Below are positions 29,307-38,749 of a DNA stretch of 64,000 bases, one piece after another. Source of the DNA: Minisyncoccota bacterium (GTDB lineage: Bacteria > Patescibacteriota > Minisyncoccia > Phycocordibacterales > JAACPR01). The notes under the pieces were generated by a model that had not been told where the DNA came from, made no database searches, and was given only the letters and a program-made list of their open reading frames with translations. The translations under genes were made by a program, and so were the position numbers. Within the stretch, counting starts at the first letter, position 1. Each line of letters starts with the position of its first letter. The stretch covers positions 326,273-390,272 of the forward strand of contig JBAYWG010000001.1 in NCBI GenBank assembly GCA_041674225.1, in the 5' to 3' direction.

Positions 29307-29421
29307 ATTTTAAGTATCTATTTAAAAAGAAAACTACACTTTATTTTCAATCAGGTCAATCAGTTTTTTATTTCCCTAAAATTTGATATGCTTCAAAAAT
29401 AACGGATATAATTTCAAATAT

Positions 29422-29952
29422 ATGTCAGGACATAATAAATGGTCAAAAATCAAAAGAAAGAAGGAAGGTGAAGATGCTAAAAAGAGCAAAGTCTTTTCTC
29501 GCTTGTCTCGACTTCTAACAAACGAATCTAAAAAAGTTGGAGGAAATCTGACTTCCCCTTCTCTTGTGGCCATTATGGATATTGCTCGAAAAGAAAATAT
29601 GCCAAAAGACAACATCGAGCGTGCTGTCAAAAAAGGAACTGAATCAGGTACGGCTGAAATGTTTCCTGTTTTATACGAAGCGTACGGACCAGGTGGAGTC
29701 GCAATAATTATTGATGCACTTACAGACAACAAAAATCGCACCGCAGCAGAAATCCGCCACACTCTCTCTAAATCAAATTTGGAACTAGCAACTCCAGGAG
29801 CAGCGTCTTGGGCTTTTTCAAAACAAAATGGAGAATGGATTGCCAACTCTACAATCGAAATCTCTGAAGAAGATGGAGAAAAACTTGGAAACCTTTTAGA
29901 CGCCCTAGAAGAAAGCGATGACGTACAAGGAGTTTACACAAACGAAGCATAA
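29422..29952 (+). CDS. YebC/PmpR-family protein (short form)
   Basis: MSGHNKWSKIKRKK, NMPKDNIERAVKK, YEAYGPGG, TDNKNRT, DDVQGVYTN. Confidence 0.93.
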   Translation: MSGHNKWSKIKRKKEGEDAKKSKVFSRLSRLLTNESKKVGGNLTSPSLVAIMDIARKENMPKDNIERAVKKGTESGTAEMFPVLYEAYGPGGVAIIIDALTDNKNRTAAEIRHTLSKSNLELATPGAASWAFSKQNGEWIANSTIEISEEDGEKLGNLLDALEESDDVQGVYTNEA

Positions 29953-30052
29953 AAACCGAAAACAACCACCTATTTATTTAATTAAAAAAATGTGGTATTT
30001 TGCGTTTGACTGTTTGAACCTTGAATTAAACTCCCACCCAAAAAAAATATAA

Positions 30053-30460
30053 ATGCAAAGAACTGAAACTGATACGGAGATGGTTTTGAGAATTGCCAGG
30101 GAATATCTGGAAAAAGAACCTACAGCATTGGGAAATGCTGTGATGGCTTTCAACATCACTAATCAAGAAATTGAGAGATTTAAACTGAACCCCTCTTACC
30201 GAAACCTTCAATGGTTCGTCCGATTACACTCAAAGAAAATTGCAGTTGTCGAAAGAAGACTTCGAGTAGAACTTTGCGAAATTGCTCTCAAGGTTGGAGC
30301 CATATCTATAGGAAAATTTATTCCAACATCCGACGGACTCATAATGAAAAGTGCCAGCTCTGACGGTTTTTTACTGGCAGACAACCCAATCACTAAAGTT
30401 GTTGAGTTTGTAAATCCACTAAAAAAGGATTTCTTGAATCTGATCAGGTCAATAGCTTAG
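30053..30460 (+). CDS. Hypothetical orphan protein
   Basis: 135-aa ORF inserted between yebC and ruvC, followed by a terminator. Confidence 0.6.
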   Translation: MQRTETDTEMVLRIAREYLEKEPTALGNAVMAFNITNQEIERFKLNPSYRNLQWFVRLHSKKIAVVERRLRVELCEIALKVGAISIGKFIPTSDGLIMKSASSDGFLLADNPITKVVEFVNPLKKDFLNLIRSIA

Positions 30461-30482
30461 GATTCTTTTTAAGAGCTGTTTC

Positions 30483-30510
30483 GGCCGGCGTCTGCGACGC
30501 CGGCCTTTTT
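30483..30510 (+). terminator. Intrinsic terminator
   Basis: GGCCGGCGTC-TGC-GACGCCGGCC followed by a T-run. Confidence 0.8.
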
Positions 30511-30537
30511 ATTTTCTTTTTTGATAGAATCAATCTA

Positions 30538-31023
30538 ATGAAGATTATCGCTTTTGATCCCGGATATGAGAGGCTCGGAATTGCCATTTTAGAAAAAACA
30601 GAGCTCGGCAAAGATGTTGTGATTTTTTCTGAGTGCTTTAAAACGAGTGCAAAAGATTCGCATCCCGAAAGACTTGGGCAAATCGCAAATAAAGTTTTGG
30701 ATTTATTAAAAGAATTTTCTCCTGCACAAATGGCGATTGAAACTTTATTTTTTAGCAAAAACACAAAGACCGCAATGAAAGTGGCAGAATCTCGTGGAGT
30801 TTTGATGGCAATGTGTGCGAAAGAAGGTTTGCCCGTTAATGAATATTCTCCTCAAGCAATAAAAGTGGCAGTTACCGGTTCTGGAAGCAGTGATAAATCT
30901 CAAGTTTTAAAAATGGTTAGCTTGATAACAAAGATAGATTTATCTAATAAAATTGATGATGAAATCGACGCAATCGCGGTTGGATTAACCTGTTTAGCAA
31001 CACTTCGAAATATCCACAGGTAA
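30538..31023 (+). CDS. ruvC: Crossover junction endodeoxyribonuclease RuvC
   Basis: IAFDPG, MAIETLFFSKN, AESRGV, EYSPQAIKVAVTGSG, DDEIDAIAVGL. Confidence 0.96.
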   Translation: MKIIAFDPGYERLGIAILEKTELGKDVVIFSECFKTSAKDSHPERLGQIANKVLDLLKEFSPAQMAIETLFFSKNTKTAMKVAESRGVLMAMCAKEGLPVNEYSPQAIKVAVTGSGSSDKSQVLKMVSLITKIDLSNKIDDEIDAIAVGLTCLATLRNIHR

Positions 31024-31085
31024 AAAGACTTGATTTAACTTTTGGTTATGTTAAATAATATGTCATTAAAATAAAATTCAAAAAA

Positions 31086-31313
31086 ATGAGCGACGAATTG
31101 GAAATAGATTTGGAGTTACCAGAAGTTCCGGAAGACGATGAGCTTGCGGAGTTGGACGATCTTCTTGGTGGAGAATTGGATGATGATATTCTAGGGGTCG
31201 CCGCTGTAGATGAAGAGGAGGAAGATGATGACGAGGATGATGAAGACGACGAGGAAGAAGACGAGGATGCAGATCTTTATGACGACGTAGAACCAGAAGA
31301 CGGGTTCTACTAA
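31086..31313 (+). CDS. Highly acidic small protein
   Basis: 75 aa with 43 Asp/Glu and no Lys, Arg or His. Confidence 0.7.
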   Translation: MSDELEIDLELPEVPEDDELAELDDLLGGELDDDILGVAAVDEEEEDDDEDDEDDEEEDEDADLYDDVEPEDGFY

Positions 31314-31329
31314 AAATAAATATTTAAAA

Positions 31330-31366
31330 ACAAAAAGGACTCGTATTACATAAGAGTCCTTTTTGT
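31330..31366. terminator. Bidirectional terminator
   Basis: ACAAAAAGGACTC/GAGTCCTTTTTGT. Confidence 0.75.
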
Positions 31367-32593
31367 TTAAGAGAGTATCTCAATCTTCACAAACCTTCGC
31401 TTACCGATTTTATAAGTTTCATTTTCCACTAAAGCATTCGGGTCCTTAATTTGAGTCCCGTCTGCTTTTTTAATTCCCCCACCATCGATAAGTCTTCGAA
31501 ACTCTCCTCGCGATTCAACAATTTTATTTTCTACCAAAACATCAATCAAACCCTGATTATCCTTTGCTTTTAAAATCTGCAGATCTTCTGGCACTCCACC
31601 TTTTGAAAAAGTCTCCACCCAGTTTTTCTCTGCATCTTCTGCAGCTTTTTTATCATGATAAATAGCCACAATCTCTCTCGCCAGTCTCATCTTAGCTTCT
31701 TTAGGATTTTCTGAAATTAATTTATCTAAATCCAAAATTTCTTCATCACTTAACCAAGTTCCATCAATAAACAAAGATTTAATAACTTCATCTGGCAGTG
31801 CCATAATTTTTCCGTACATATTTTTTGAATCGTCTTGCAGAGAAACATAACCACCCTCGCTCTTGCTCATTAATTTCTTTCCAGTTACAGGATTTTGCAA
31901 AAGAGTTGTCGCCACTACAAACTTATTTTTTCCTGTTAAGTTTTTTTGCAAAGTTCTTCCAGCCAGCATATTAAAAGTTTGATCGTTTCCACCAAGCTCA
32001 ATATCAACATCCAAAACAACAGAGTCATATCCGACCATCAAAGGATACATAAATTCATGTACATACACAGGCTTCCCTTCTTTTATTCTCTTGTCGAACA
32101 TGTCTCTCTCAATCATTTGTTGCACGGTAAAGTTTGAAGCGAGATCAACAACTTTTTCAAAAGTTAAAGTTGAAAGCCATTTACTATTTTTTTCAAAAGT
32201 AACTGGATTTTTTTTGTCATCAACTTTTAAAACTTTACTGATTTGTTTCTTCCAAGTTTTAATATTTTCTTCAACCTCTTCTCTTGAAAGGCGAACTCGC
32301 GTAGCGTCTTTATCACTCGGATCACCAATCATCGCTGTAAAATCTCCAAACAAAATAACAATTTCATGTCCAAGTTGTCTCATTCTTTCTAAAAAGAAAA
32401 AATTCGTAGCGTGCCCTAAGTGCAAGTCTGGCCCAGTGGCGTCAGCTCCAATATAAATCTTCAGTCTTCTCCCAGACATAAATTCTTTTTTCAAATCTTC
32501 TTTTGATGGCAGAATTGTAGAAATACTTCTCGAGAGCAAAACATCGATTTTTGATTCATCTGTCACCACTTCAAATTTTTTATTGAAAAACAT
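31367..32593 (-). CDS. tyrS: Tyrosine--tRNA ligase
   Basis: GADATGPDLHLGH, GDFTAMIGDPS, YPLMVGYD, ELGGNDQTFN, LMSKS, C-terminal S4 domain. Confidence 0.97.
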   Translation of the reverse strand: MFFNKKFEVVTDESKIDVLLSRSISTILPSKEDLKKEFMSGRRLKIYIGADATGPDLHLGHATNFFFLERMRQLGHEIVILFGDFTAMIGDPSDKDATRVRLSREEVEENIKTWKKQISKVLKVDDKKNPVTFEKNSKWLSTLTFEKVVDLASNFTVQQMIERDMFDKRIKEGKPVYVHEFMYPLMVGYDSVVLDVDIELGGNDQTFNMLAGRTLQKNLTGKNKFVVATTLLQNPVTGKKLMSKSEGGYVSLQDDSKNMYGKIMALPDEVIKSLFIDGTWLSDEEILDLDKLISENPKEAKMRLAREIVAIYHDKKAAEDAEKNWVETFSKGGVPEDLQILKAKDNQGLIDVLVENKIVESRGEFRRLIDGGGIKKADGTQIKDPNALVENETYKIGKRRFVKIEILS

Positions 32594-32662
32594 AAATCGA
32601 TTCTATCATTTTATTTGAATACTTTAAAAGTATGCCGCAGCCTCACCCTTCATCATTGATTA

Positions 32663-32691
32663 TTGACACCTTTAAAACATAGTTGTATTCT
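32663..32691 (+). promoter_or_regulatory. Sigma70-like promoter
   Basis: TTGACA-17 nt-TATTCT. Confidence 0.6.
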
Positions 32692-32712
32692 CACTTTTAA
32701 AAGTACAAAACA

Positions 32713-33012
32713 ATGAAAAGACTAGTAGGACAAAGAGAAGAGGTGGACCCTGGAATGAAAGGGGCGATGGTACTACTTTCGTATTTCATTATCGACGTAC
32801 CACCACCTCCAACCCAAATCATGTTCCACAAGACTTGTGCAGTCTGCAAAGTTCCAATCATTCTTACTCTTACAGAAGAAGTTGAGACTGGTGAAATATG
32901 GGCGGAAGGTCCAGACAATTGTAGTAACTGCAATCACCAAATTTCAGATCCGAAGTCAGAGCACAAAATGATGTCTCAAGAACAAATCAAATCCCTTTTT
33001 GGGAAATACTGA
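32713..33012 (+). CDS. Hypothetical zinc-ribbon protein
   Basis: CAVC...CSNC pair in a 99-aa ORF with its own promoter. Confidence 0.6.
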   Translation: MKRLVGQREEVDPGMKGAMVLLSYFIIDVPPPPTQIMFHKTCAVCKVPIILTLTEEVETGEIWAEGPDNCSNCNHQISDPKSEHKMMSQEQIKSLFGKY

Positions 33013-33106
33013 CACAAGAGAGAAACCTCTGTCTAACCTCAATAAATATATTGAGGTTTTTATTTTATTGACTCTAACAACCATAAATTGTATATTCCAC
33101 GCACAA

Positions 33107-35626
33107 ATGAAGAAAATAAATTTCAAAAGATTGTATAATAGATACATTAAAAATAATTTACCAACTCGCAAAGAAACGGAAGATTTTTTGAATTGGGGTG
33201 GTGAAAAAACAAATCAAATGATAAATACAATCGTAAAAAAATCCCGAAAAGCCATCGCATATATCAAAAAAATGGGCTGGAAAAAGATAGTCCTAGCCTG
33301 CCTTTTGTTTTTATTTCTATTCGCAGGCTCTGTCGCAATCTGGGTAGCAACATTTGAGATGCCAGACCTAGACAACTTTGCCGAAAGAAAAGTTGTTCAA
33401 TCTACAAAAATCTTCGATAGAACTGGCCGAGTAATCCTTTTCGACGTTCACGGAGAAGTAACTCGAACAGTTGTAACGCTCGACAAAATCAACGATTACG
33501 CAGAAAAAGCCTCTATTGCAATCGAAGACTCAAACTTCTACAACCACAACGGAGTTGAACCAAAAGCCATCTTCCGGGCAATTCTAACAAACCTAAAAGA
33601 CGGAAATCTTTTCAGCGGACAAGGAGGTTCAACAATCACCCAGCAAGTTCTAAAAAACGCTCTTCTTACATCTGATAAAAAAATCTCACGAAAATTGAAA
33701 GAATGGGTTCTTGCACCAAGACTAGAAGCTCAACTTTCAAAAGATCAGATTCTTGAAATTTACTTAAACGAAATTCCATATGGAGGAACTGTTTATGGAA
33801 TCCAAGAAGCATCTCGAAGATTCTTTGGAAAAGATGCTATCGATTTAACCCTTGCAGAATCTGCATATCTAGCCGCTCTTCCCCAAGCACCGACATATTT
33901 TTCTCCATACGGAAAAAACCTAGAGGCGCTTGAATCTAGAAAAAATAAAGTTCTGAGCGAAATGTTAAAGAATGATTTCATTTCACAAGAAGAATACGAT
34001 TCAGCAATGAAAGAAGAAGTGTCTTTCCAAAAAATAGAAAACTTTGGGATCAAAGCACCTCACTTTGTTTTTTGGATAATAGAACAACTTGAAGAAAAAT
34101 ATGGAGCAGAAGCCGTTGAACAAGGAGGACTGAAAGTTGTTACAACACTAGATTGGGAACTTCAAGAAAAAGCAGAAGAGATTGTAAAAAAACACGCTCT
34201 AGAAAACGCAACTCGATACAATGCAGAAAATGCATCAATCGTAGCAACAGACCCAAAGACAGGAGAGGTTCTGGTGATGGTTGGTTCTCGAGATTATTTT
34301 GATGAAGAAATTGATGGAAACTTCAACATTGCAACAACAGAGCGACAGCCTGGGTCTGCTTTCAAGCCTTTTGTTTATGCAGAAGCTTTCAATAAAGGTT
34401 ACCGTCCAGAAACTGTAGTGTTTGATGTTCCAACAGAATTTTCTACAACATGTGCAAGTGGAGGAAATTGTTACAATCCACAAAACTACGACAATGTTTT
34501 CAGAGGCCCCATGTCTCTGCGAGATGCTCTAGCTCAATCTGTAAACATTCCTGCTGTAAAAGTTCTTTACCTTGCAGGAATTCAAGATTCATTAAACCTA
34601 GCTAAAAAAATGGGAATCGAAACTCTAACAAACGTTGATCAATATGGATTAACTCTTGTTCTAGGAGGAGGAGAAGTGCGTCCACTCGACATGGCCACAG
34701 CTTACGGAGTTTTTGCAAATGATGGAATCAAAGCAAAGACACAAGGAATTCTGACAGTACAAGACAGAAAAGGAAAAGAGCTAGAAAAATTTGAAGAAGA
34801 AAAAGAAAGAGTTCTCCCAGAACAAACTGCTCGACTTATCTCTAGTGTACTTTCAGACAACGCTGCGCGAACACCAGCCTTTGGTTCAAGCTCATATTTA
34901 AATATTCCAGGAGTAGCTGTGAAAACAGGAACAACAAACGATTACCGAGACGCTTGGATTGTGGGATACACCCCGGAAATTTCTCTAGCAGCGTGGGCTG
35001 GTAACAACGACAACAGCTCAATGGAAAAAAGAGTTGCTGGATTTATCGTAGCCCCAATGTGGAATGAGTTTATGCAATTTGCAATAAGTAAAAAACCCCC
35101 AACATCATTCTCTTCACCAGACGGAATAACAGAAGGAATTAAACCAATCATCGCCGGAAACTGGCAATACACAAACGACGGAATAATTCACACAATTTTG
35201 CACTGGGTAGACAGAAACAATCCTCTTGGAGGCGAACCTAGAAATCCAGGGGCAGATTCTCAATATTGGTTATGGGAAAACGCAGTTAGAGCATGGCAAG
35301 GAAATGTTCCCTTGGTGGACACAAATACTCCTGACTCTTCTAAACCAAGTCTTCAAATAATTAACCCCTTAAACGGTGATGTCTTTCTAGAAGACACAGA
35401 AGTCTATGTAGCAATTCAATTAAACAACACCTCAATTCCGCTAAAAGAAGGTACTGTTAAAATCAATGGAGTTCAAGAAGGTAAAATAGATATAAATACA
35501 AAATCTTTCTCATTCTTTCCAGACAAAATCGACAAAATGAAAAAATCTGGCAACAAGCTTGAGGTAGAAGTTGAAGATACTGAAGGAAATAGATATCAAG
35601 ACTCAATAACTTTTGGAACAAACTAA
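33107..35626 (+). CDS. Class A penicillin-binding protein (PBP1A family)
   Basis: Transglycosylase EDSNFYNHNG, QGGSTITQQ, RKLKE; transpeptidase GSAFKP, SVN, KTGT; C-terminal Ig-like domain. Confidence 0.96.
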   Translation: MKKINFKRLYNRYIKNNLPTRKETEDFLNWGGEKTNQMINTIVKKSRKAIAYIKKMGWKKIVLACLLFLFLFAGSVAIWVATFEMPDLDNFAERKVVQSTKIFDRTGRVILFDVHGEVTRTVVTLDKINDYAEKASIAIEDSNFYNHNGVEPKAIFRAILTNLKDGNLFSGQGGSTITQQVLKNALLTSDKKISRKLKEWVLAPRLEAQLSKDQILEIYLNEIPYGGTVYGIQEASRRFFGKDAIDLTLAESAYLAALPQAPTYFSPYGKNLEALESRKNKVLSEMLKNDFISQEEYDSAMKEEVSFQKIENFGIKAPHFVFWIIEQLEEKYGAEAVEQGGLKVVTTLDWELQEKAEEIVKKHALENATRYNAENASIVATDPKTGEVLVMVGSRDYFDEEIDGNFNIATTERQPGSAFKPFVYAEAFNKGYRPETVVFDVPTEFSTTCASGGNCYNPQNYDNVFRGPMSLRDALAQSVNIPAVKVLYLAGIQDSLNLAKKMGIETLTNVDQYGLTLVLGGGEVRPLDMATAYGVFANDGIKAKTQGILTVQDRKGKELEKFEEEKERVLPEQTARLISSVLSDNAARTPAFGSSSYLNIPGVAVKTGTTNDYRDAWIVGYTPEISLAAWAGNNDNSSMEKRVAGFIVAPMWNEFMQFAISKKPPTSFSSPDGITEGIKPIIAGNWQYTNDGIIHTILHWVDRNNPLGGEPRNPGADSQYWLWENAVRAWQGNVPLVDTNTPDSSKPSLQIINPLNGDVFLEDTEVYVAIQLNNTSIPLKEGTVKINGVQEGKIDINTKSFSFFPDKIDKMKKSGNKLEVEVEDTEGNRYQDSITFGTN

Positions 35627-35627
35627 A

Positions 35628-35867
35628 TTAACGAATCGTTTTTATATCGTTAATTTTGTTTTCAATAATATTTCTTTTCATAAAAAGTTCGGCTTTTGCT
35701 GCACCACTCACAGAAATATTAACTGTCATATCTCGAATTGAAATTAATTCTTTATCCAACTCTAAACCAGTTTCTTCTTTTACCACTTCAATAATTTTCA
35801 ACTTCAGATCTCGCTCTTTAAATCCAAAATTTTCGTACTTTTTTAGGTATAAGCTAATCTGATCCAT
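35628..35867 (-). CDS. DciA/DUF721-like small protein (putative helicase loader)
   Basis: Immediately downstream of dnaN; VNISVSGAAKAELFMKRNIIENKIN resembles the DUF721 KH-like motif. Confidence 0.55.
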   Translation of the reverse strand: MDQISLYLKKYENFGFKERDLKLKIIEVVKEETGLELDKELISIRDMTVNISVSGAAKAELFMKRNIIENKINDIKTIR

Positions 35868-35899
35868 GATTTTGTTTTAAAATTCACCAGTAAGCAATT

Positions 35900-37000
35900 T
35901 TAGCGATTTAAAGGCATCACTAAATACATAAAGCTCTGATCATTTACACCACGCATTACCATTGGTCTATTCGCGCCATTAAACATCAGAATCAAACTAT
36001 CTGAATTAATTGAACTAAAAGAATCTCCTAGGTATTTGTGATTGAAACTAATCTCAATAGAATCCCCTCGAAGTGTCGCTTCGATGTTGTTTTTGTTTTC
36101 ACCTTTATCTACGTTTTTAGAAGCAACCTCAAAAACTCCATCCTCTGGACGAATAGTCATGTGAACTTGATTAAATTTATCTGAGAAAATATTTGAAAGT
36201 TTTAGTGCCTGAATTAAGTCTTGTTTTAACACAACAACCTCTGTTGTATTTTCTTTGGGGATAATTTGTTTATAGTCTGGAAAGTTTCCATCAACAATTC
36301 TTGAAACTAAATAAAGTCCATCATAAACAAAAGCGATTTGTCCTTCATCAAAAAGAATTTCTATATCTCCAACAATCCCATCAAAAATTCTAATAATTTC
36401 TGAAACGTTTCTAAACGGAACCAAAACACTTTCGAAAGTGTCAATTTCTTTTACATCAATTCTTTTTTCTGCCAATCGAAAAGAATCCGTAGCCACAAAC
36501 ATTAAACTAGAATCTTTTGGATAAAGATAAACACTGGCAAGTTCTGGTTTCATACTCGAAACAGACGCGCTGTACCAAACAGATTTCAAACCATGAATCA
36601 GAGAGTGTGCTGAGATTTTACAACTCTTATCAGTTTCAACTTTTGGAATACTTGGGAAGTCATCGTGTGGAAGAGTTTTTACAGTTGCTTCACTTTTGCT
36701 TGATGTTAGAAGAATATTTTTATTAACAATTTCAATTGTGATATTTTCATCTCCTGAAATATTTGAAAGGTATTGCAAAAAGAGTGCTCCAGGAACAGCT
36801 ACAATTCCCTCTTGTTCCACCTTCACAGGAATAGTAGCTTCAATTCCCAAATCTAAATTTGTAGATCTCACAACCAAATGATTTTGTTTTGTCTCAAGAA
36901 CAACACACGAAAGAACTGGAAGTGTTGAATTCTTTCCAGATATTTTTTCAGCTTTCGAAATTAGATTCTGAAGCTTTTCTTTTGAGCAGATAAATTTCAT
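35900..37000 (-). CDS. dnaN: DNA polymerase III beta sliding clamp
   Basis: STLPVLS, STNLDLGI, VATDSFRLA, SRIVDGNFPDYKQIIP, YLVMPL. Confidence 0.98.
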   Translation of the reverse strand: MKFICSKEKLQNLISKAEKISGKNSTLPVLSCVVLETKQNHLVVRSTNLDLGIEATIPVKVEQEGIVAVPGALFLQYLSNISGDENITIEIVNKNILLTSSKSEATVKTLPHDDFPSIPKVETDKSCKISAHSLIHGLKSVWYSASVSSMKPELASVYLYPKDSSLMFVATDSFRLAEKRIDVKEIDTFESVLVPFRNVSEIIRIFDGIVGDIEILFDEGQIAFVYDGLYLVSRIVDGNFPDYKQIIPKENTTEVVVLKQDLIQALKLSNIFSDKFNQVHMTIRPEDGVFEVASKNVDKGENKNNIEATLRGDSIEISFNHKYLGDSFSSINSDSLILMFNGANRPMVMRGVNDQSFMYLVMPLNR

Positions 37001-37272
37001 TTAATTGTTTATTAGTTTTTTAATTTAAAGATTTATTATTACTATTAGTCCTGTGGAAAAGTGGATAAGTCTAAAATAATTTGTTTATTTAAGGCTCTTT
37101 TGTAATTTTGATTTATAAAAACTTGTGGAAAGTTTTTGATAAGTTGTTTACAAATGTGAAGAACTTTTTTATACCCTCTACTTATCCTTTTTAATCCCCA
37201 ACTCAACCCCTCGTTAATCCAACACTAATCCCAAACAAATTCACAGACATGCTAACAGTTTATACACAGTTT
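37001..37272. other. oriC: Chromosomal replication origin oriC (dnaA-dnaN intergenic)
   Basis: Minus strand reads TTATCCACT-TTTCCACA-GGAC-TAATAGTAATAATAA (37033-37068), followed by an AT-rich tract; further boxes include TTATACACA at 37260-37268. Confidence 0.88.
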
Positions 37273-38631
37273 TTATAGCATGGCGCGAATTTGTGAGATT
37301 TGTTGAACGAGGTTTTGATCAGTTTTTAGATCATTTTTTATTTTTTCACAAGAATGTATAACAGTGGTGTGGTCTCTTCCTCCGAGCTTATCCCCTATTG
37401 TTGGGTACGATGTGCTGAAGTCTTCTCTCAGAATGTACATGGTGATTTGTCTTGGTCTTACAACTTCTTTTTTTCTGGTTTTATCACAAATAGCGTCTGG
37501 ATCAATGTTGTAGAAATCAGCAACAAGTTTTATCAAGTCTTTGATAGAAACCATCTTCTTTGGGCGTGCACTGTTTTTTACCAGGTCTTTTACATCGTTT
37601 AGATTAAGTTCTCTGTTCTTTAGTTGAGATTGGCAAGCTATTGAATTGATTACCCCTTCTAATTCTCGAATGTTTCCATCAATTGTTGTTGAAAGGAAAT
37701 CACAAATTTCAGCCGAGATGCAGATGTTGTTTTGCTTCGCTTTTGTTTGAAGAATTGAAATTCTTGATTCTGAATCCGGCTTAGGAATATCTACAATCAT
37801 TCCTTGGTTGAATCTCGACTTCAATCTTTCTTCTAAACCAGGAATAAAGTTTGGATGCATATCTGATGAAAAAACAATTTGTTTGTTGTTGTCATAAAGA
37901 GTGTTGAACAAATGAAAAAGTTCTTCTTGAGTTTTTTCCATCTTTGAAAGGAATTGAATATCGTCCATTATCAACACATCGTATTTTCGATATTTATCTT
38001 TAAACACAGTCATTTTATTTTGTTGAATAGCAGCAACGTATTCAGACGCAAATTTTTCTGAAGTTAGATAAAAAACTTTTTTATCTCTTTGATTTTCTTT
38101 TATTTTATTTCCGATTGCTTGTATTAAGTGAGTTTTTCCGTGTCCTGTATTTCCATAAATAAATAATGGGTTGTAAACAATTCCCGGTTGTCGAACAATC
38201 GCTTGTGAAGCTGCGTGTGCAAGTTCGTTGAATGATCCAATAATAAAAGAATCAAAAGTATATCGAGGATTTAAATTGTCATCTTTGTTTATGTAATAAT
38301 CCGCAAGAGGAAGTTCTTGAGTTTCTTTTTGTTCTCTCTTCACAAACTTTTCTTTTTGAGCGCGGATCTTTTCGATGTTTGCAACTGTGAATGAAACAGA
38401 TTTTATTTCATCATTTTGATCGCGCAAAGATTTTAGGATTGTTTTTGAAAACTTATTGCTCAACCAATCTTTCACAAAAGTATTTGGTACGCCCACAACC
38501 GCCTCCCCATCGTTTAGTTTTATTAAAAATGTATCTTTAAACCAAGTTGCAAAGTTTGCTTTTGAAACTAGTGTTTCAATTTCTGCCAGAGAAGTTTCCC
38601 ATAAATTTTTTGTGTCGTTGATTATTGTCAT
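37273..38631 (-). CDS. dnaA: Chromosomal replication initiator DnaA
   Basis: LNPRYTFDSF, YNPLFIYGNTGHGKTHL, DDIQFL, TQEELFHLFN, NIRELEG, GGRDHTTVIHS. Confidence 0.99.
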   Translation of the reverse strand: MTIINDTKNLWETSLAEIETLVSKANFATWFKDTFLIKLNDGEAVVGVPNTFVKDWLSNKFSKTILKSLRDQNDEIKSVSFTVANIEKIRAQKEKFVKREQKETQELPLADYYINKDDNLNPRYTFDSFIIGSFNELAHAASQAIVRQPGIVYNPLFIYGNTGHGKTHLIQAIGNKIKENQRDKKVFYLTSEKFASEYVAAIQQNKMTVFKDKYRKYDVLIMDDIQFLSKMEKTQEELFHLFNTLYDNNKQIVFSSDMHPNFIPGLEERLKSRFNQGMIVDIPKPDSESRISILQTKAKQNNICISAEICDFLSTTIDGNIRELEGVINSIACQSQLKNRELNLNDVKDLVKNSARPKKMVSIKDLIKLVADFYNIDPDAICDKTRKKEVVRPRQITMYILREDFSTSYPTIGDKLGGRDHTTVIHSCEKIKNDLKTDQNLVQQISQIRAML

Positions 38632-38724
38632 TTTGAAAAACTGTTGATAGCTTATTATATACACATGACAGAAATGAGAAACTTGTGAAATTCCCTTCTT
38701 TATGTTAAAAACTTGTTTACAAAC

Positions 38725-38733
38725 TGTGAATAA
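38725..38733 (-). promoter_or_regulatory. DnaA box upstream of dnaA
   Basis: TGTGAATAA on the plus strand, i.e. TTATTCACA. Confidence 0.65.
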
Positions 38734-38749
38734 GTATAAATAAAATTTT

